Positions 17,675-26,969 of a stretch of 64,000 nt of DNA are shown here, one piece after another (position 1 is the stretch's first letter; every line of letters begins with the position of its first letter). The notes under the pieces are model-generated. The model was not told where the DNA came from. It did not search any database and saw only the letters and a program-made list of their open reading frames with translations. The translations under genes and the position numbers were made by a program. The DNA is taken from IMG/VR virus record IMGVR_UViG_3300031758_000002, one strand, 5' to 3'. This DNA comes from a virus. Its lineage: Duplodnaviria; Heunggongvirae; Uroviricota; Caudoviricetes.

Positions 17675-18925
17675 TTACCGTTTAAATTTAAACTCTTTTT
17701 CTATTTTTCTTTTTCCGTATTTTTTCTCCATTATTTGTTGGTGTAACTCCCAATTAAGAATTGATTCGTTGGTTTGTTCTTTTTCGTCAGGAATAAGTGA
17801 ATATATTTTTACAAGTCGTTTAATTAATTTTGTTGCAACATAGTTAAATCTTTCACATTCATCAACAAAGAACTGACTTTCTCTATTACGATATTTGGCA
17901 AGTTGATTTAAATATTTATGTCTAACTTTTTCCAATCCTTCATCGTTCTCACGCTTAACACCCATACCTAACATTCTCATAAAATTAGCCATTTCACTAT
18001 CAACACTATCCGTCATTTTATCAAAAATATCTCTTTTAGCACTAATAAGATTAATATAAACTATATCCATAACTACCTTTATTTTTTCCTCTTCAGTCAT
18101 ATTTTCATAATCCACATCTGCGTGTTCTAATAAACCATCCACACGATCCATTTGATTATGTAATTCTTCCATAAAATGTTCAAAACTAAAATCTCTAATT
18201 TCTTTTAGTTCTTTAACAACACTATCATTTTCAAAAAATTCTCTAAACTTTTCTCTTGTTACTCCAGTTAATTTCATTCTTGTTGCCATTTCAGTTGGTC
18301 TAACAAGATTTTCAACATATTGAATGAAATAACTATATCTCATAAATTCACTAATAACCGGAATTCCGAAGTTTAACCCTTGACTTGCATATGCTTGATA
18401 ATCAGCATCTTTCCCTATCAAGTCAGTTGTCTTTTTTTGTTTATCAAACTTATGTTTAATTTCGTGAGCAATTACAGATATTAATTGAACTCTATCATTA
18501 GTAAAGTAATTATAAGGGTCTTGGGAATCCCAATCATCCCCATTTGATGCAAAATGTAATTGTAACTCAATTGTGTTATCCTGTTTATGAACCTTCATTA
18601 GTAGTTTTCTATCAAAATTAAATTGATTTGCAACACCGGCTGATATCATAGTGAATGGTCCATCATATTCATCCATTTCGTGAACTTGAACTGCTAACTC
18701 TAATTCGTGTATTTTATAATCAGATATTGTTAAATCTAAATTATCTTCAGTAAATGTTTGTGTTGTGTCGTAATCATCCATACCTTTTAATAGGTTTAAT
18801 ATGATTTCATATAGTTCTTCAGCCGATTCAATGATTCCTTCAGGAACTCCAACGGCTTCATTCAGTAAGAGATTATTTACAATAATCTCAAGTTGATTTT
18901 CAGTAATGATTAAATTTTTCTTCAT
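17675..18925 (-). CDS. HExxH zinc-metallopeptidase-like protein carrying the family N-terminal motif (MKKNLIITENQLEIIVNNLL)
   Basis: VIAHEIKHKF HExxH motif. The N-terminus is homologous to the MKKVIRLTESDL family. 416 aa. Confidence 0.45.
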   Translation of the reverse strand: MKKNLIITENQLEIIVNNLLLNEAVGVPEGIIESAEELYEIILNLLKGMDDYDTTQTFTEDNLDLTISDYKIHELELAVQVHEMDEYDGPFTMISAGVANQFNFDRKLLMKVHKQDNTIELQLHFASNGDDWDSQDPYNYFTNDRVQLISVIAHEIKHKFDKQKKTTDLIGKDADYQAYASQGLNFGIPVISEFMRYSYFIQYVENLVRPTEMATRMKLTGVTREKFREFFENDSVVKELKEIRDFSFEHFMEELHNQMDRVDGLLEHADVDYENMTEEEKIKVVMDIVYINLISAKRDIFDKMTDSVDSEMANFMRMLGMGVKRENDEGLEKVRHKYLNQLAKYRNRESQFFVDECERFNYVATKLIKRLVKIYSLIPDEKEQTNESILNWELHQQIMEKKYGKRKIEKEFKFKR

Positions 18926-18951
18926 ACATATAAATATAAAGGAGTTGTGAT

Positions 18952-19605
18952 TTAACCCACAACTCCAACCAAACCATCCAAATGATGATCACCACTCATG
19001 TCAGAACCAACAGGTATTTTACCCATAATTCTAATGATATCATCAATATTATATGGATCCATACCGTTACCATCAACACCAACATCCATTCTTTTACCAT
19101 TACCAAATTTACGGTGTTCAGGTAAGTGAACATGACCGTGTAAATGAATAACACCTTTATTCAATCCGTTCCAACTTTGTAATGGGTAATGACAAAGTAC
19201 AAAGTCTTTCCCATTGATGTTCACCTCCAAATAGTGTTGTACACTCAGGAATCTCCCTTGTACATAATCACGGTTGTTCTCAATATGATGATCATGATTT
19301 CCAAGTACGAGGTGAATGTTGTGACAAACCAATCTTTCAAGGAAGATTCCAATATTATCAAATCCTCCGAATGAAACATCACCCAACATAATTAAGGTAT
19401 CATCTTGTCCAACAACACTATTAATACCGTCAACCAATCGTTGGTTCATTTGTTCAATAGTTTGAAAATCACGAGTAGAATCTACCGGTACTTCACCATC
19501 TTGTGTTCTCCAATTTGTCACACCACGACATATATTTTTGTGTCCATAGTGAGTATCACTTGTGATGAACACTTTTCCTGTCGTTAATATTTTTTTAAAT
19601 CCCAT
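18952..19605 (-). CDS. calcineurin-like metallophosphoesterase
   Basis: MPP motifs ITSDTHYGH, LGDVSFGG and LGNHDHH, plus the later His motifs. Confidence 0.7.
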   Translation of the reverse strand: MGFKKILTTGKVFITSDTHYGHKNICRGVTNWRTQDGEVPVDSTRDFQTIEQMNQRLVDGINSVVGQDDTLIMLGDVSFGGFDNIGIFLERLVCHNIHLVLGNHDHHIENNRDYVQGRFLSVQHYLEVNINGKDFVLCHYPLQSWNGLNKGVIHLHGHVHLPEHRKFGNGKRMDVGVDGNGMDPYNIDDIIRIMGKIPVGSDMSGDHHLDGLVGVVG

Positions 19606-19633
19606 AATTGCAAATATATTGATATTTATTGAA

Positions 19634-20224
19634 ATGAAAAAGTTTTTATTATCCTTATTTTTTATTTTCCCTTTTATTTTATTATCTCAAAAACCATTAA
19701 GAGATAGTGTAATCATTAAAAGTGATATTTTTACCGTTGTTTATTCTGAGAAATTAGAACAACCTTTATCTGTGAGTTATACCGTGGATTGTCCGTCAGG
19801 TAATGCATCAAGATCTGGTATGGATTTCTTCACTTGTGATTCTGTTAAAACATCTGACTCAAAAGATTATGAAAATAACATTTGGGACAAGGGACATATG
19901 GCACCTGCCGCAGATTTTAATTGTGATAAGATTATGTTAAAGAAAACATTTAGTTACCTTAACTGTACATTACAACAACAAGATCTCAATAGAACCACTT
20001 GGCGTTTATTAGAAGCGTATGAAAGAGAATTGGCATTAAAGTATGAGGTGTCTGTTATTGTAATTTGTGTATTTTCAAAAAAATCCACAATACTCAAATC
20101 AGGCGCCACGGTTCCTGATGGATATTATAAGAAAATAACTTATAATGGTAAAACAGAAACTTATTACTTTAAAAATGAAAAACCTTCAACAACCGATTTT
20201 AAAAAGTTTTTGGTTAAAGGTTAA
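19634..20224 (+). CDS. secreted DNA/RNA non-specific endonuclease (Serratia NucA / EndoG family)
   Basis: Signal peptide MKKFLLSLFFIFPFILLSQ. Catalytic-region motif NIWDKGHMAPAADF (DRGH-type). Start set at the internal Met after antisense overlap with the neighbouring gene. Confidence 0.65.
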   Translation: MKKFLLSLFFIFPFILLSQKPLRDSVIIKSDIFTVVYSEKLEQPLSVSYTVDCPSGNASRSGMDFFTCDSVKTSDSKDYENNIWDKGHMAPAADFNCDKIMLKKTFSYLNCTLQQQDLNRTTWRLLEAYERELALKYEVSVIVICVFSKKSTILKSGATVPDGYYKKITYNGKTETYYFKNEKPSTTDFKKFLVKG

Positions 20225-20603
20225 TTTCAAAACGATTACGCATATTTTCTAAAACTTGTTCGGGAACATTATGTTCATTTACACCTCCGTGTCTATTCTC
20301 AACTACAATAGTGAATACTTTATACCCATGTTCTTTCGCCATATCAATGTATGGTTGCATCTCCCACTCTTGTGTGAATGTATTTGAAACCACAATCTTG
20401 GGATATTCCAATATCATATCAGATTTAACAAAACTCTGACACCATTGATGCGCATCTTTTATTTTAGTGAAATCAAAATTATACACACCATTCTCATCAA
20501 TGAAGAACATATCCGCTTCATAGTGTTGTCCACCTAAAGTTTTTGCAAATGTTGATTTACCACTACCTGGTATTCCTCTTACGATATATAATGTATTTTC
20601 CAT
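20214..20603 (-). CDS. P-loop kinase (AAA_33 / polynucleotide-kinase-like)
   Basis: Walker A VRGIPGSGKSTFAK at the N-terminus, like the T4 Pnk kinase domain. 129 aa. Confidence 0.6.
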   Translation of the reverse strand: MENTLYIVRGIPGSGKSTFAKTLGGQHYEADMFFIDENGVYNFDFTKIKDAHQWCQSFVKSDMILEYPKIVVSNTFTQEWEMQPYIDMAKEHGYKVFTIVVENRHGGVNEHNVPEQVLENMRNRFEINL

Positions 20604-20637
20604 ACCACAAAGATATGAAAAAGAATTAAATAAAAAA

Positions 20638-20660
20638 AGGAACCTAAGTTCCTTTTATTT
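20638..20660 (-). terminator. rho-independent terminator (GGAAC-loop-GTTCC)
   Basis: AAAAAAAGGAACCTAAGTTCCTTTTATTTT, downstream of the gene ending at 20660. Confidence 0.55.
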
Positions 20661-21520
20661 TATTGTGGTCTGTTTTGTAGATTTGATACAAACTTAGCCG
20701 CCTCTAAACCTTTATCAATCATTTGTTGTTTTGATGGTACCAATTCTAAATTCTTTTCAGTTTCAATAGTACCAATTGGTTTAAGTTCCAACTTTGATAT
20801 TGGTTCCAATCCTTTACATTCAATATTTAATTTATCAATAGCCTTTTGGAATTTAGGTGTCGTCAATTCACACCATGTTTTTTTATCAGTTTGTTTAGTT
20901 GTGTACCATTTTCCATCATCAGTTTTTGCATACATCCAAGTTTTATCATTCGGAATATAACAAACTTGCTGATTTGTGAATTCTTTCTCAACAAATTTAC
21001 ATCTATTATCTGTTTTTGGTTTTTGTTCTTCACCACCACCTCCAACTACTTTATCAGATTTTAATTTATTTCCATCACAGAATAATTTATTCATTGCAGT
21101 TTTAAATGGTTGTCCAGTCATTACAATTTGTTCGTAAGTTTGTTCACTACCTTCAAATCTTAATAAATAATCACCACAAATAAATTTCCCTTTAGACCCT
21201 GATTTAACCAAAGGACCTGTAAATTTACCTGTTGAGTCTTCTTTTTTATAGTAAACATCTACGGATAGACTTTTACCGTCGGTATTTTTTTTCACTGTCT
21301 CACCTTTTTTAATGTAAACTCTAGGTGCACTACCCCCATACTGAATTGCGTGTACTGTAAACTCTTGAAGATTCTTAATTGTATATGTTCCATCATCATT
21401 CAATGTTTGTTCAGAGATAACATCTTTTTTTACACCATATTGCGATAATATGTCTTTTTTTTCTTGTTCGGAAATTAAAATTCTTCTGATATTCATAACT
21501 TTTTTATTTATAAATATCAT
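20660..21520 (-). CDS. hypothetical protein. N-terminus contains the NIRRILISEQ variant of the family motif; probable start at Met9 (21496)
   Basis: MNIRRILISEQEKK resembles MNLQENIRRILREE. Confidence 0.4.
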   Translation of the reverse strand: MIFINKKVMNIRRILISEQEKKDILSQYGVKKDVISEQTLNDDGTYTIKNLQEFTVHAIQYGGSAPRVYIKKGETVKKNTDGKSLSVDVYYKKEDSTGKFTGPLVKSGSKGKFICGDYLLRFEGSEQTYEQIVMTGQPFKTAMNKLFCDGNKLKSDKVVGGGGEEQKPKTDNRCKFVEKEFTNQQVCYIPNDKTWMYAKTDDGKWYTTKQTDKKTWCELTTPKFQKAIDKLNIECKGLEPISKLELKPIGTIETEKNLELVPSKQQMIDKGLEAAKFVSNLQNRPQ

Positions 21521-21614
21521 AAATAAAAAAAAGGAACCATTTCTGATTCCTTTTTTTTGGGTCGTCCATTAACGGATCGATCTACCACCACCTTGTTTTT
21601 CTAAACAAGGAAAC

Positions 21615-22064
21615 TTATATTCTATGCATCCACAGGTAATAATCCGTTTGATTCCCTGAACCCATTGTAATGTCGGTGAATTTAAGTCCGAGAATTACTC
21701 CACTAGTTAAATTACCTTCAAATATTGGTCCAGTTAAATTACCCCAAGGTGTGTAGTTCATTGTTAGTGAATACGCAGATGCGGTTGTATAAAACGAGTA
21801 GGTTGCGGTATTACCATTAAAAGTATACGAATTAATTGTGTTAAAGACAAGTGTATCACTAATCGTAATAATTGCACCAATACCATTAACTCGGTAACCA
21901 TCAATAACCCATGTCTCACCAATTAGGTTTGTTGCGGTATCAATCACCGTTGTATCCGTCACAATAGGTTGTGGTGGAATTGGTGGTGGGTAAGGTGGTG
22001 GGTTAGTCTTTTGACAAGAAACAATCACCAACATAATGGTGATAAAATAAATTAACTTTTTCAT
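21615..22064 (-). CDS. putative lipoprotein with Pro-rich linker (149 aa)
   Basis: MKKLIYFITIMLVIVSC lipobox, then PPPYPPPIPPQP. Confidence 0.45.
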   Translation of the reverse strand: MKKLIYFITIMLVIVSCQKTNPPPYPPPIPPQPIVTDTTVIDTATNLIGETWVIDGYRVNGIGAIITISDTLVFNTINSYTFNGNTATYSFYTTASAYSLTMNYTPWGNLTGPIFEGNLTSGVILGLKFTDITMGSGNQTDYYLWMHRI

Positions 22065-22067
22065 ATA

Positions 22068-22343
22068 TTACTTTGTTATTAATGCCTCGATTTTACTTTT
22101 GATTGGTTCAACCATATCAATGTCTTTAGTTCCTGTCACAATAATGGAATCTTTCAAGAATCGGAATGGGATGTTAATTAAGAATGTATCTCCGTTGAAG
22201 AATCTTAAATCATTCTCAAGTTCCAAACACCCGTGAACCATCTTCAAAAAAATTTTGAATTGTGTCTCATCAATAAATACTTCGTTTAGTAACTCTCCAA
22301 ACGATTCGTTAATAATTCTGATTTTAAATGCCGTCTTATTCAT
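22068..22343 (-). CDS. hypothetical protein (91 aa)
   Basis: ORF. Confidence 0.3.
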   Translation of the reverse strand: MNKTAFKIRIINESFGELLNEVFIDETQFKIFLKMVHGCLELENDLRFFNGDTFLINIPFRFLKDSIIVTGTKDIDMVEPIKSKIEALITK

Positions 22344-22360
22344 ACCTCAAAGATATTAAA

Positions 22361-22738
22361 TTATTTCTCAATAACAAATTTTCTACCCACTTTTTTTAAT
22401 TTTCCAACAAGATCGTTTTCGTGATGAATCCCACTATAAAACCCTGAACCATCATTCCACATACCAAACTTGTTGTTTTTGTAAACATTCTCACCATCAA
22501 AAGTGATATAGTCAGGTTGTTCACCTTTTGGAAGTTTTGTTGCTCTAATCATCTCACGATTCTCAACCGCTGTGTAGTTGTTACTGTAATCGGCTCTACA
22601 AAGGTATGTTGCTTCTCCAACAACAACTTTCTCTCCGTTGAGAGTTGCGTTCTTATTAAATTTTTTCTTGTAAGTGTAAATGTAAGTCCCCATATGTTTT
22701 TTATTTCTACAAATATACAAATAAAAATGATACGGCAT
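22361..22738 (-). CDS. hypothetical protein (125 aa)
   Basis: ORF. Confidence 0.3.
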   Translation of the reverse strand: MPYHFYLYICRNKKHMGTYIYTYKKKFNKNATLNGEKVVVGEATYLCRADYSNNYTAVENREMIRATKLPKGEQPDYITFDGENVYKNNKFGMWNDGSGFYSGIHHENDLVGKLKKVGRKFVIEK

Positions 22739-22870
22739 AAAAAAATCCCAAAAAAAATCAACTACGAAAATTTTTGGGATTTCATTAATGTTAAACCAAC
22801 AATAAATTAGAAGGGAATGTTGTTTTGTATCACATAAATATATTGTAGTTAACCAAAAGACAATTTTTTT

Positions 22871-23299
22871 TTACAAAAGTGTTAAAATTAATCTAAATAA
22901 TGGGTCTTTATGGTCATCAATTGGTAAATCCATGAAATTAAAGTACCCACATTCGCTATGTTCGTGTCCATCTTTAGCCATATCCAAATCAGGATATATC
23001 TCTACATCTGATTGGTAATAGTAGATATACATCATCCCTTTAACTTCACCATTTTTAGTATATGTATTAAAAGTACCAACTAATCTTATGTCATTAATCT
23101 CATTAGTTAAATCAATATTAGTTTCCTCATAAAACTCCCTAATTGCAGTTTCTTTAGGTTTTTCACCATACTCAACACCACCACCAGGAACCGACCATAT
23201 ATTAGGTGAAGACTGATCAGGACTTCTTTTACAAAGTAAAAATTTATTACCACACTTGACAAGTATTCCCGAAAATCTTTTTAGTTTTCTATTAGCCAT
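22871..23299 (-). CDS. Nudix hydrolase
   Basis: Nudix box GGGVEYGEKPKETAIREFYEETN. Start placed at the internal MANRKLKRF Met; the longer ORF extends to 23374 through hydrophobic low-complexity sequence. Confidence 0.7.
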   Translation of the reverse strand: MANRKLKRFSGILVKCGNKFLLCKRSPDQSSPNIWSVPGGGVEYGEKPKETAIREFYEETNIDLTNEINDIRLVGTFNTYTKNGEVKGMMYIYYYQSDVEIYPDLDMAKDGHEHSECGYFNFMDLPIDDHKDPLFRLILTLL

Positions 23300-23357
23300 T
23301 ATATTTATGTATATGGATATAATAATAAATAACAATTTGTTCAATGTCAAATGTGTA

Positions 23358-23657
23358 ATGACATCAAAAGACACTCAACAAGGTATGATGGGTAAAAAAT
23401 TTGATGATACATTTGATGGAATGTTATTTATAATGAATGATAGTGAACATTCTTTTTGGATGAAGGATTGTATAATTCCTTTGGATATTATCTATATAAG
23501 TAACAATACTATTGTTAAGATACATCATAACTGTGAACCTTGTACTTCTAACCCATGTAAGAGATATCCTGGTAATGGTGATATGATATTAGAAGTTATG
23601 GGCGGAACCTGTGAAGAATATGATATTACAAAAGGAGATAGAGTATACTTTGATTAA
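23358..23657 (+). CDS. DUF192 (COG1430) domain protein
   Basis: GMLFIMNDSEHSFWMKDCIIPLDIIYISNN.IV.I...EPC......YPGNGDMILE matches the DUF192 consensus. Divergent from the Nudix gene. Confidence 0.55.
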   Translation: MTSKDTQQGMMGKKFDDTFDGMLFIMNDSEHSFWMKDCIIPLDIIYISNNTIVKIHHNCEPCTSNPCKRYPGNGDMILEVMGGTCEEYDITKGDRVYFD

Positions 23658-25066
23658 CCTTCTTGAACTTTCTCTTTCAATAATCTAACAAATTCATTCT
23701 GAATCATTTTAGTAAATTTCACATACGCAGCGTCCTCATTTTCAGAACTATATTTGTATTTCCCTTGAGGTGGTCTTTTACTTCTACCCATATAATTTAA
23801 TCCCGAAATGTTAGTTATACATTTATGTCCTCCACTATTTGATTGGATAATGTCCCAAGCAGTTACGGTAACACTATCAAGTAAACTCATCTCTTCATCA
23901 GTTAAATCGGTAAATGATTTTGACATTGCCGTATCAATATCTCTCATAAAATCTTTACCGTCTTTTGATTTGAATTTATCTCCGTATAACGCTCTAAAAT
24001 CTTTATATGTGAACCCAACAGATTCAGGTGTAAATCCTTTTCCTGATTCTGATATCCACTTAATTGTTGATAATGGAATATCCCTATCTTTTAATTGTGA
24101 TTCCCATTTTCCTAATACTTCATCTTTAATCTCACCTAAGTTAACTCCTTTAAGTGCTCTTTCTTTTTTGAATGGGTTACAGGATGCTTGAACCAATCCT
24201 AACGGCCAAGCAATAACTAAGAAGTCGGCATCAGGATTATTTCTAAATGGGGTGTATCTATCATAAGAACCTGGTTTCATCATTGATCCACCACCATATT
24301 GTACAATAATGTTGTCATCAATTTTAACATTAGGATGTGACTTCATCGTTTGGACATACATTTCCTTATTCTTTTCAAGATCTCCAACCTCAGCGTATCC
24401 TTTACTCATCATTTGTCCTCTAATATTATTCAGGATACTCATTAATGATGGATTTGCGGTTAAAACAATTTCTTCAAGAAAACCTGGTTTATTTTTATAT
24501 GCTAATAATAGTTTATTAACAACCAACCCCATTAACATTTTATTTCTTTGTAATGTTTTATCCTTATCTAATTTGAATAGGTAGTTCATCACTTGTTCAG
24601 GTGCGATATCGTGTTTTGCATAATCTGCAGAATCCACAGTTGATATTAATGTAATGTCTTCAGGTGAGAAAATATCTTTAGGTGATATTGTTTGAGATAT
24701 TGTTTCAACATTCGATCTTGATGATCTAAAACTTGTTGATGTTCCTTGTTCAACTCCGGCTTGAGTATCGTGGTGATCGGTATGAATAACAAACATTGGT
24801 TTTCCGTGGGCAAAATCTACCAGTACAGGCATTGTATCACCTTCAGCATCTAATTTCTTAACTGAAAATTCTTTATCCCCGTATTGGATTATTTCGGCAT
24901 CAACAACTTTAATACCATTATTCTCCAAATAGTGTTTCATTGCAAGTGCGGTAGTAACACCATCTAAATCTTGGTGAAAATATATTTTAGCTTTAGGGTA
25001 TCTTTTAGCTAATTTGTTAATATCCCTTAATCCTGATTCTAATATTAAATTTTTTCTCATAACCAT
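23654..25066 (-). CDS. DHH/DHHA1-family phosphoesterase (RecJ/NrnA-like)
   Basis: DHH motifs FHQDLDGV and VIHTDHHD. DHHA1-like GGGH motif in SNSGGHKCI near the C-terminus. 470 aa. Confidence 0.65.
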   Translation of the reverse strand: MVMRKNLILESGLRDINKLAKRYPKAKIYFHQDLDGVTTALAMKHYLENNGIKVVDAEIIQYGDKEFSVKKLDAEGDTMPVLVDFAHGKPMFVIHTDHHDTQAGVEQGTSTSFRSSRSNVETISQTISPKDIFSPEDITLISTVDSADYAKHDIAPEQVMNYLFKLDKDKTLQRNKMLMGLVVNKLLLAYKNKPGFLEEIVLTANPSLMSILNNIRGQMMSKGYAEVGDLEKNKEMYVQTMKSHPNVKIDDNIIVQYGGGSMMKPGSYDRYTPFRNNPDADFLVIAWPLGLVQASCNPFKKERALKGVNLGEIKDEVLGKWESQLKDRDIPLSTIKWISESGKGFTPESVGFTYKDFRALYGDKFKSKDGKDFMRDIDTAMSKSFTDLTDEEMSLLDSVTVTAWDIIQSNSGGHKCITNISGLNYMGRSKRPPQGKYKYSSENEDAAYVKFTKMIQNEFVRLLKEKVQEG

Positions 25067-25127
25067 AAATACCTTTCAGATCCAAAATGTAAATACCATT
25101 TGTCTTATTGTTTAAAAATTCTTATGT

Positions 25128-25472
25128 TTGTATAAATCTTTAAAACTTAAAAATATGAAACAGAAATTTAATGAATTCGTGGAAAGGTATAAACCTTTAT
25201 TTAGAAATGTGGTAGTTGTGTCGTTTATTGTGGTTTCGTTGTTTGCGGGATTTTACGCAGGTTCAGCATATAATAACGAATATGGTCCAAAGAAACCAAC
25301 CATCCATATGGTTAAAGTTAATCGTAGTCAGGTTAACTTAGCATTAGATGAACATAACCATCTAATTATCATTGACAAGAAAACTGGTGATTACACAGTT
25401 TATCAAGATTCAATCGGTGTTTCGGTGTTTAAACTATACGCTAGAAATATTTTCTCAGACACATCAAAATAA
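25128..25472 (+). CDS. membrane protein (114 aa, 1 TM)
   Basis: N-terminal TM helix VVVVSFIVVSLFAGFYAG. Confidence 0.35.
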   Translation: MYKSLKLKNMKQKFNEFVERYKPLFRNVVVVSFIVVSLFAGFYAGSAYNNEYGPKKPTIHMVKVNRSQVNLALDEHNHLIIIDKKTGDYTVYQDSIGVSVFKLYARNIFSDTSK

Positions 25473-25478
25473 TAGATT

Positions 25479-26027
25479 ATGAAAGTATCCAACATTTTAA
25501 AATTGGTATACTTGATGGGATGTCTTGTTACCATTATTACCTTATCAGGTATGTCAACGATTGAGATTCAATCTAATAGTAAATTCACGAATGAAGGATC
25601 AGGTATTCCAAATTCACCAATTTCTATTCGGATGTATGAATGTATTGAGAAATACTCTGATGAATATAACATTCCTAAGTATGTTGCATATAATGTGGCG
25701 TATAAAGAAACAACATACAGAGGTCCTTTTGATTGGAGGTACAATCCCGAAAGAATCTCTTGTGTTGGGGCTTTGGGTCCGATGCAGATTATGCCTATGA
25801 CATCTTATTCAATTAATAAAGTAAAATATTCAAATCATAAAATTATGACTGATATTGAGTTGAACATTAGGACAAGTATGAAACTTCTACGAAAACTTTA
25901 TAATAAATACGGTGACTGGAATGTTGTTTGTGGTTGTTATAACACGGGTAGACCTATTGTAAATGAGTATGGTAGGTATTGTGGAACTAACAAAAATTAT
26001 AAGTCAAAGTGGTTATCACTTAAATAA
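25479..26027 (+). CDS. lytic transglycosylase (SLT domain) with N-terminal membrane anchor
   Basis: AYKETTYRG...GALGPMQIMPMT resembles the SLT catalytic region (E-S/T...GA.G.MQ..P.T). Confidence 0.55.
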   Translation: MKVSNILKLVYLMGCLVTIITLSGMSTIEIQSNSKFTNEGSGIPNSPISIRMYECIEKYSDEYNIPKYVAYNVAYKETTYRGPFDWRYNPERISCVGALGPMQIMPMTSYSINKVKYSNHKIMTDIELNIRTSMKLLRKLYNKYGDWNVVCGCYNTGRPIVNEYGRYCGTNKNYKSKWLSLK

Positions 26028-26031
26028 AAAA

Positions 26032-26053
26032 TCCCCACCTTTTGAGTGGGGTT
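26032..26053. terminator. bidirectional rho-independent terminator between convergent genes
   Basis: AAAAAATCCCCACCTTTTGAGTGGGGTTTTTAA. Confidence 0.6.
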
Positions 26054-26073
26054 TTTAATTTATAATTTTTTAT

Positions 26074-26949
26074 TTACCCATAAACAACTTCACCCATTAC
26101 ACATAGTTGTAAGAATACATCGGCATCTCCAGCATCCGCATTTTCCAATAATATATTTTTCCAAACTTCAGGATATTCACTTTTTATTTTTGTTATTGCC
26201 TCTAATATTCTGTTCATATCAATATGTCCAAGTTTAGTATTTTCAATGTCTTCCTGATAACTCTTTTCATCAACCATATCATCACTATCACCAATATTGT
26301 AATCACCATCTTTTAATGCTCTCCTAACATCATAATATTCTTCCTTATCGTAGAAATCAATTGACCCACCTCGTAAGACATATTCACCAACCGCTTCAGA
26401 TTTTGATTGCCCATATGATTTTATATTTTCAGGTAAATCAATTAAATACCAATAATTGGATCCACCCTCAAGAGCGGTAACTAAAATATCAGTTATGTCT
26501 TCTTTTGTTAACTTTCTATTTAATTGTTCTTTCTCCCATTTTTCGCTTCTGATATTCCAAGACATTGAATATGCTCCTCCGTGTATATCTCTATCAATAC
26601 CATCTTTAACATACTCTTCAAAATCAAAATTTTCAAGGTTCTTTTTATTTCTTTCGTATTGTTTTACTTTACCCTCATATTCTTTAATCATATAATCAAA
26701 ATATTTTTCAGGTATATCAGGATTATTTTTAATATGACTTTTTATTTTTTCCAAAATTTCCGCATGTTCCTCACCCTCCTCAACTTCTTTTTTTAACCAT
26801 TCATATTGTTGTTTAACATTTTTTCTAACAAATTCTTCAATTCGTTTCATTTCGTCCTGTGTAAACCCATATTGATTTACCTCATCTGACTCTGAAATAA
26901 GATTTGACTTTAAATATTTTAATTGTTTTTCGGTAAGAAATATTTTCAT
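26074..26949 (-). CDS. hypothetical acidic protein with family-like N-terminus MKIFLTEKQLKYLKSNL
   Basis: N-terminal LTE motif and amphipathic helix similar to the MKKVIRLTESDL family. 291 aa. Confidence 0.4.
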   Translation of the reverse strand: MKIFLTEKQLKYLKSNLISESDEVNQYGFTQDEMKRIEEFVRKNVKQQYEWLKKEVEEGEEHAEILEKIKSHIKNNPDIPEKYFDYMIKEYEGKVKQYERNKKNLENFDFEEYVKDGIDRDIHGGAYSMSWNIRSEKWEKEQLNRKLTKEDITDILVTALEGGSNYWYLIDLPENIKSYGQSKSEAVGEYVLRGGSIDFYDKEEYYDVRRALKDGDYNIGDSDDMVDEKSYQEDIENTKLGHIDMNRILEAITKIKSEYPEVWKNILLENADAGDADVFLQLCVMGEVVYG

Positions 26950-26969
26950 ACTTTATTTTATATTATAGG

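Noticed and set aside
22871-23374. Long form of the Nudix ORF (start 23374) overlapping the DUF192 gene start
   Set aside because: The extra 25 N-terminal residues are hydrophobic low-complexity. The internal MANRKLKRF start at 23299 gives a canonical Nudix length and removes the divergent-gene overlap. This remains uncertain.
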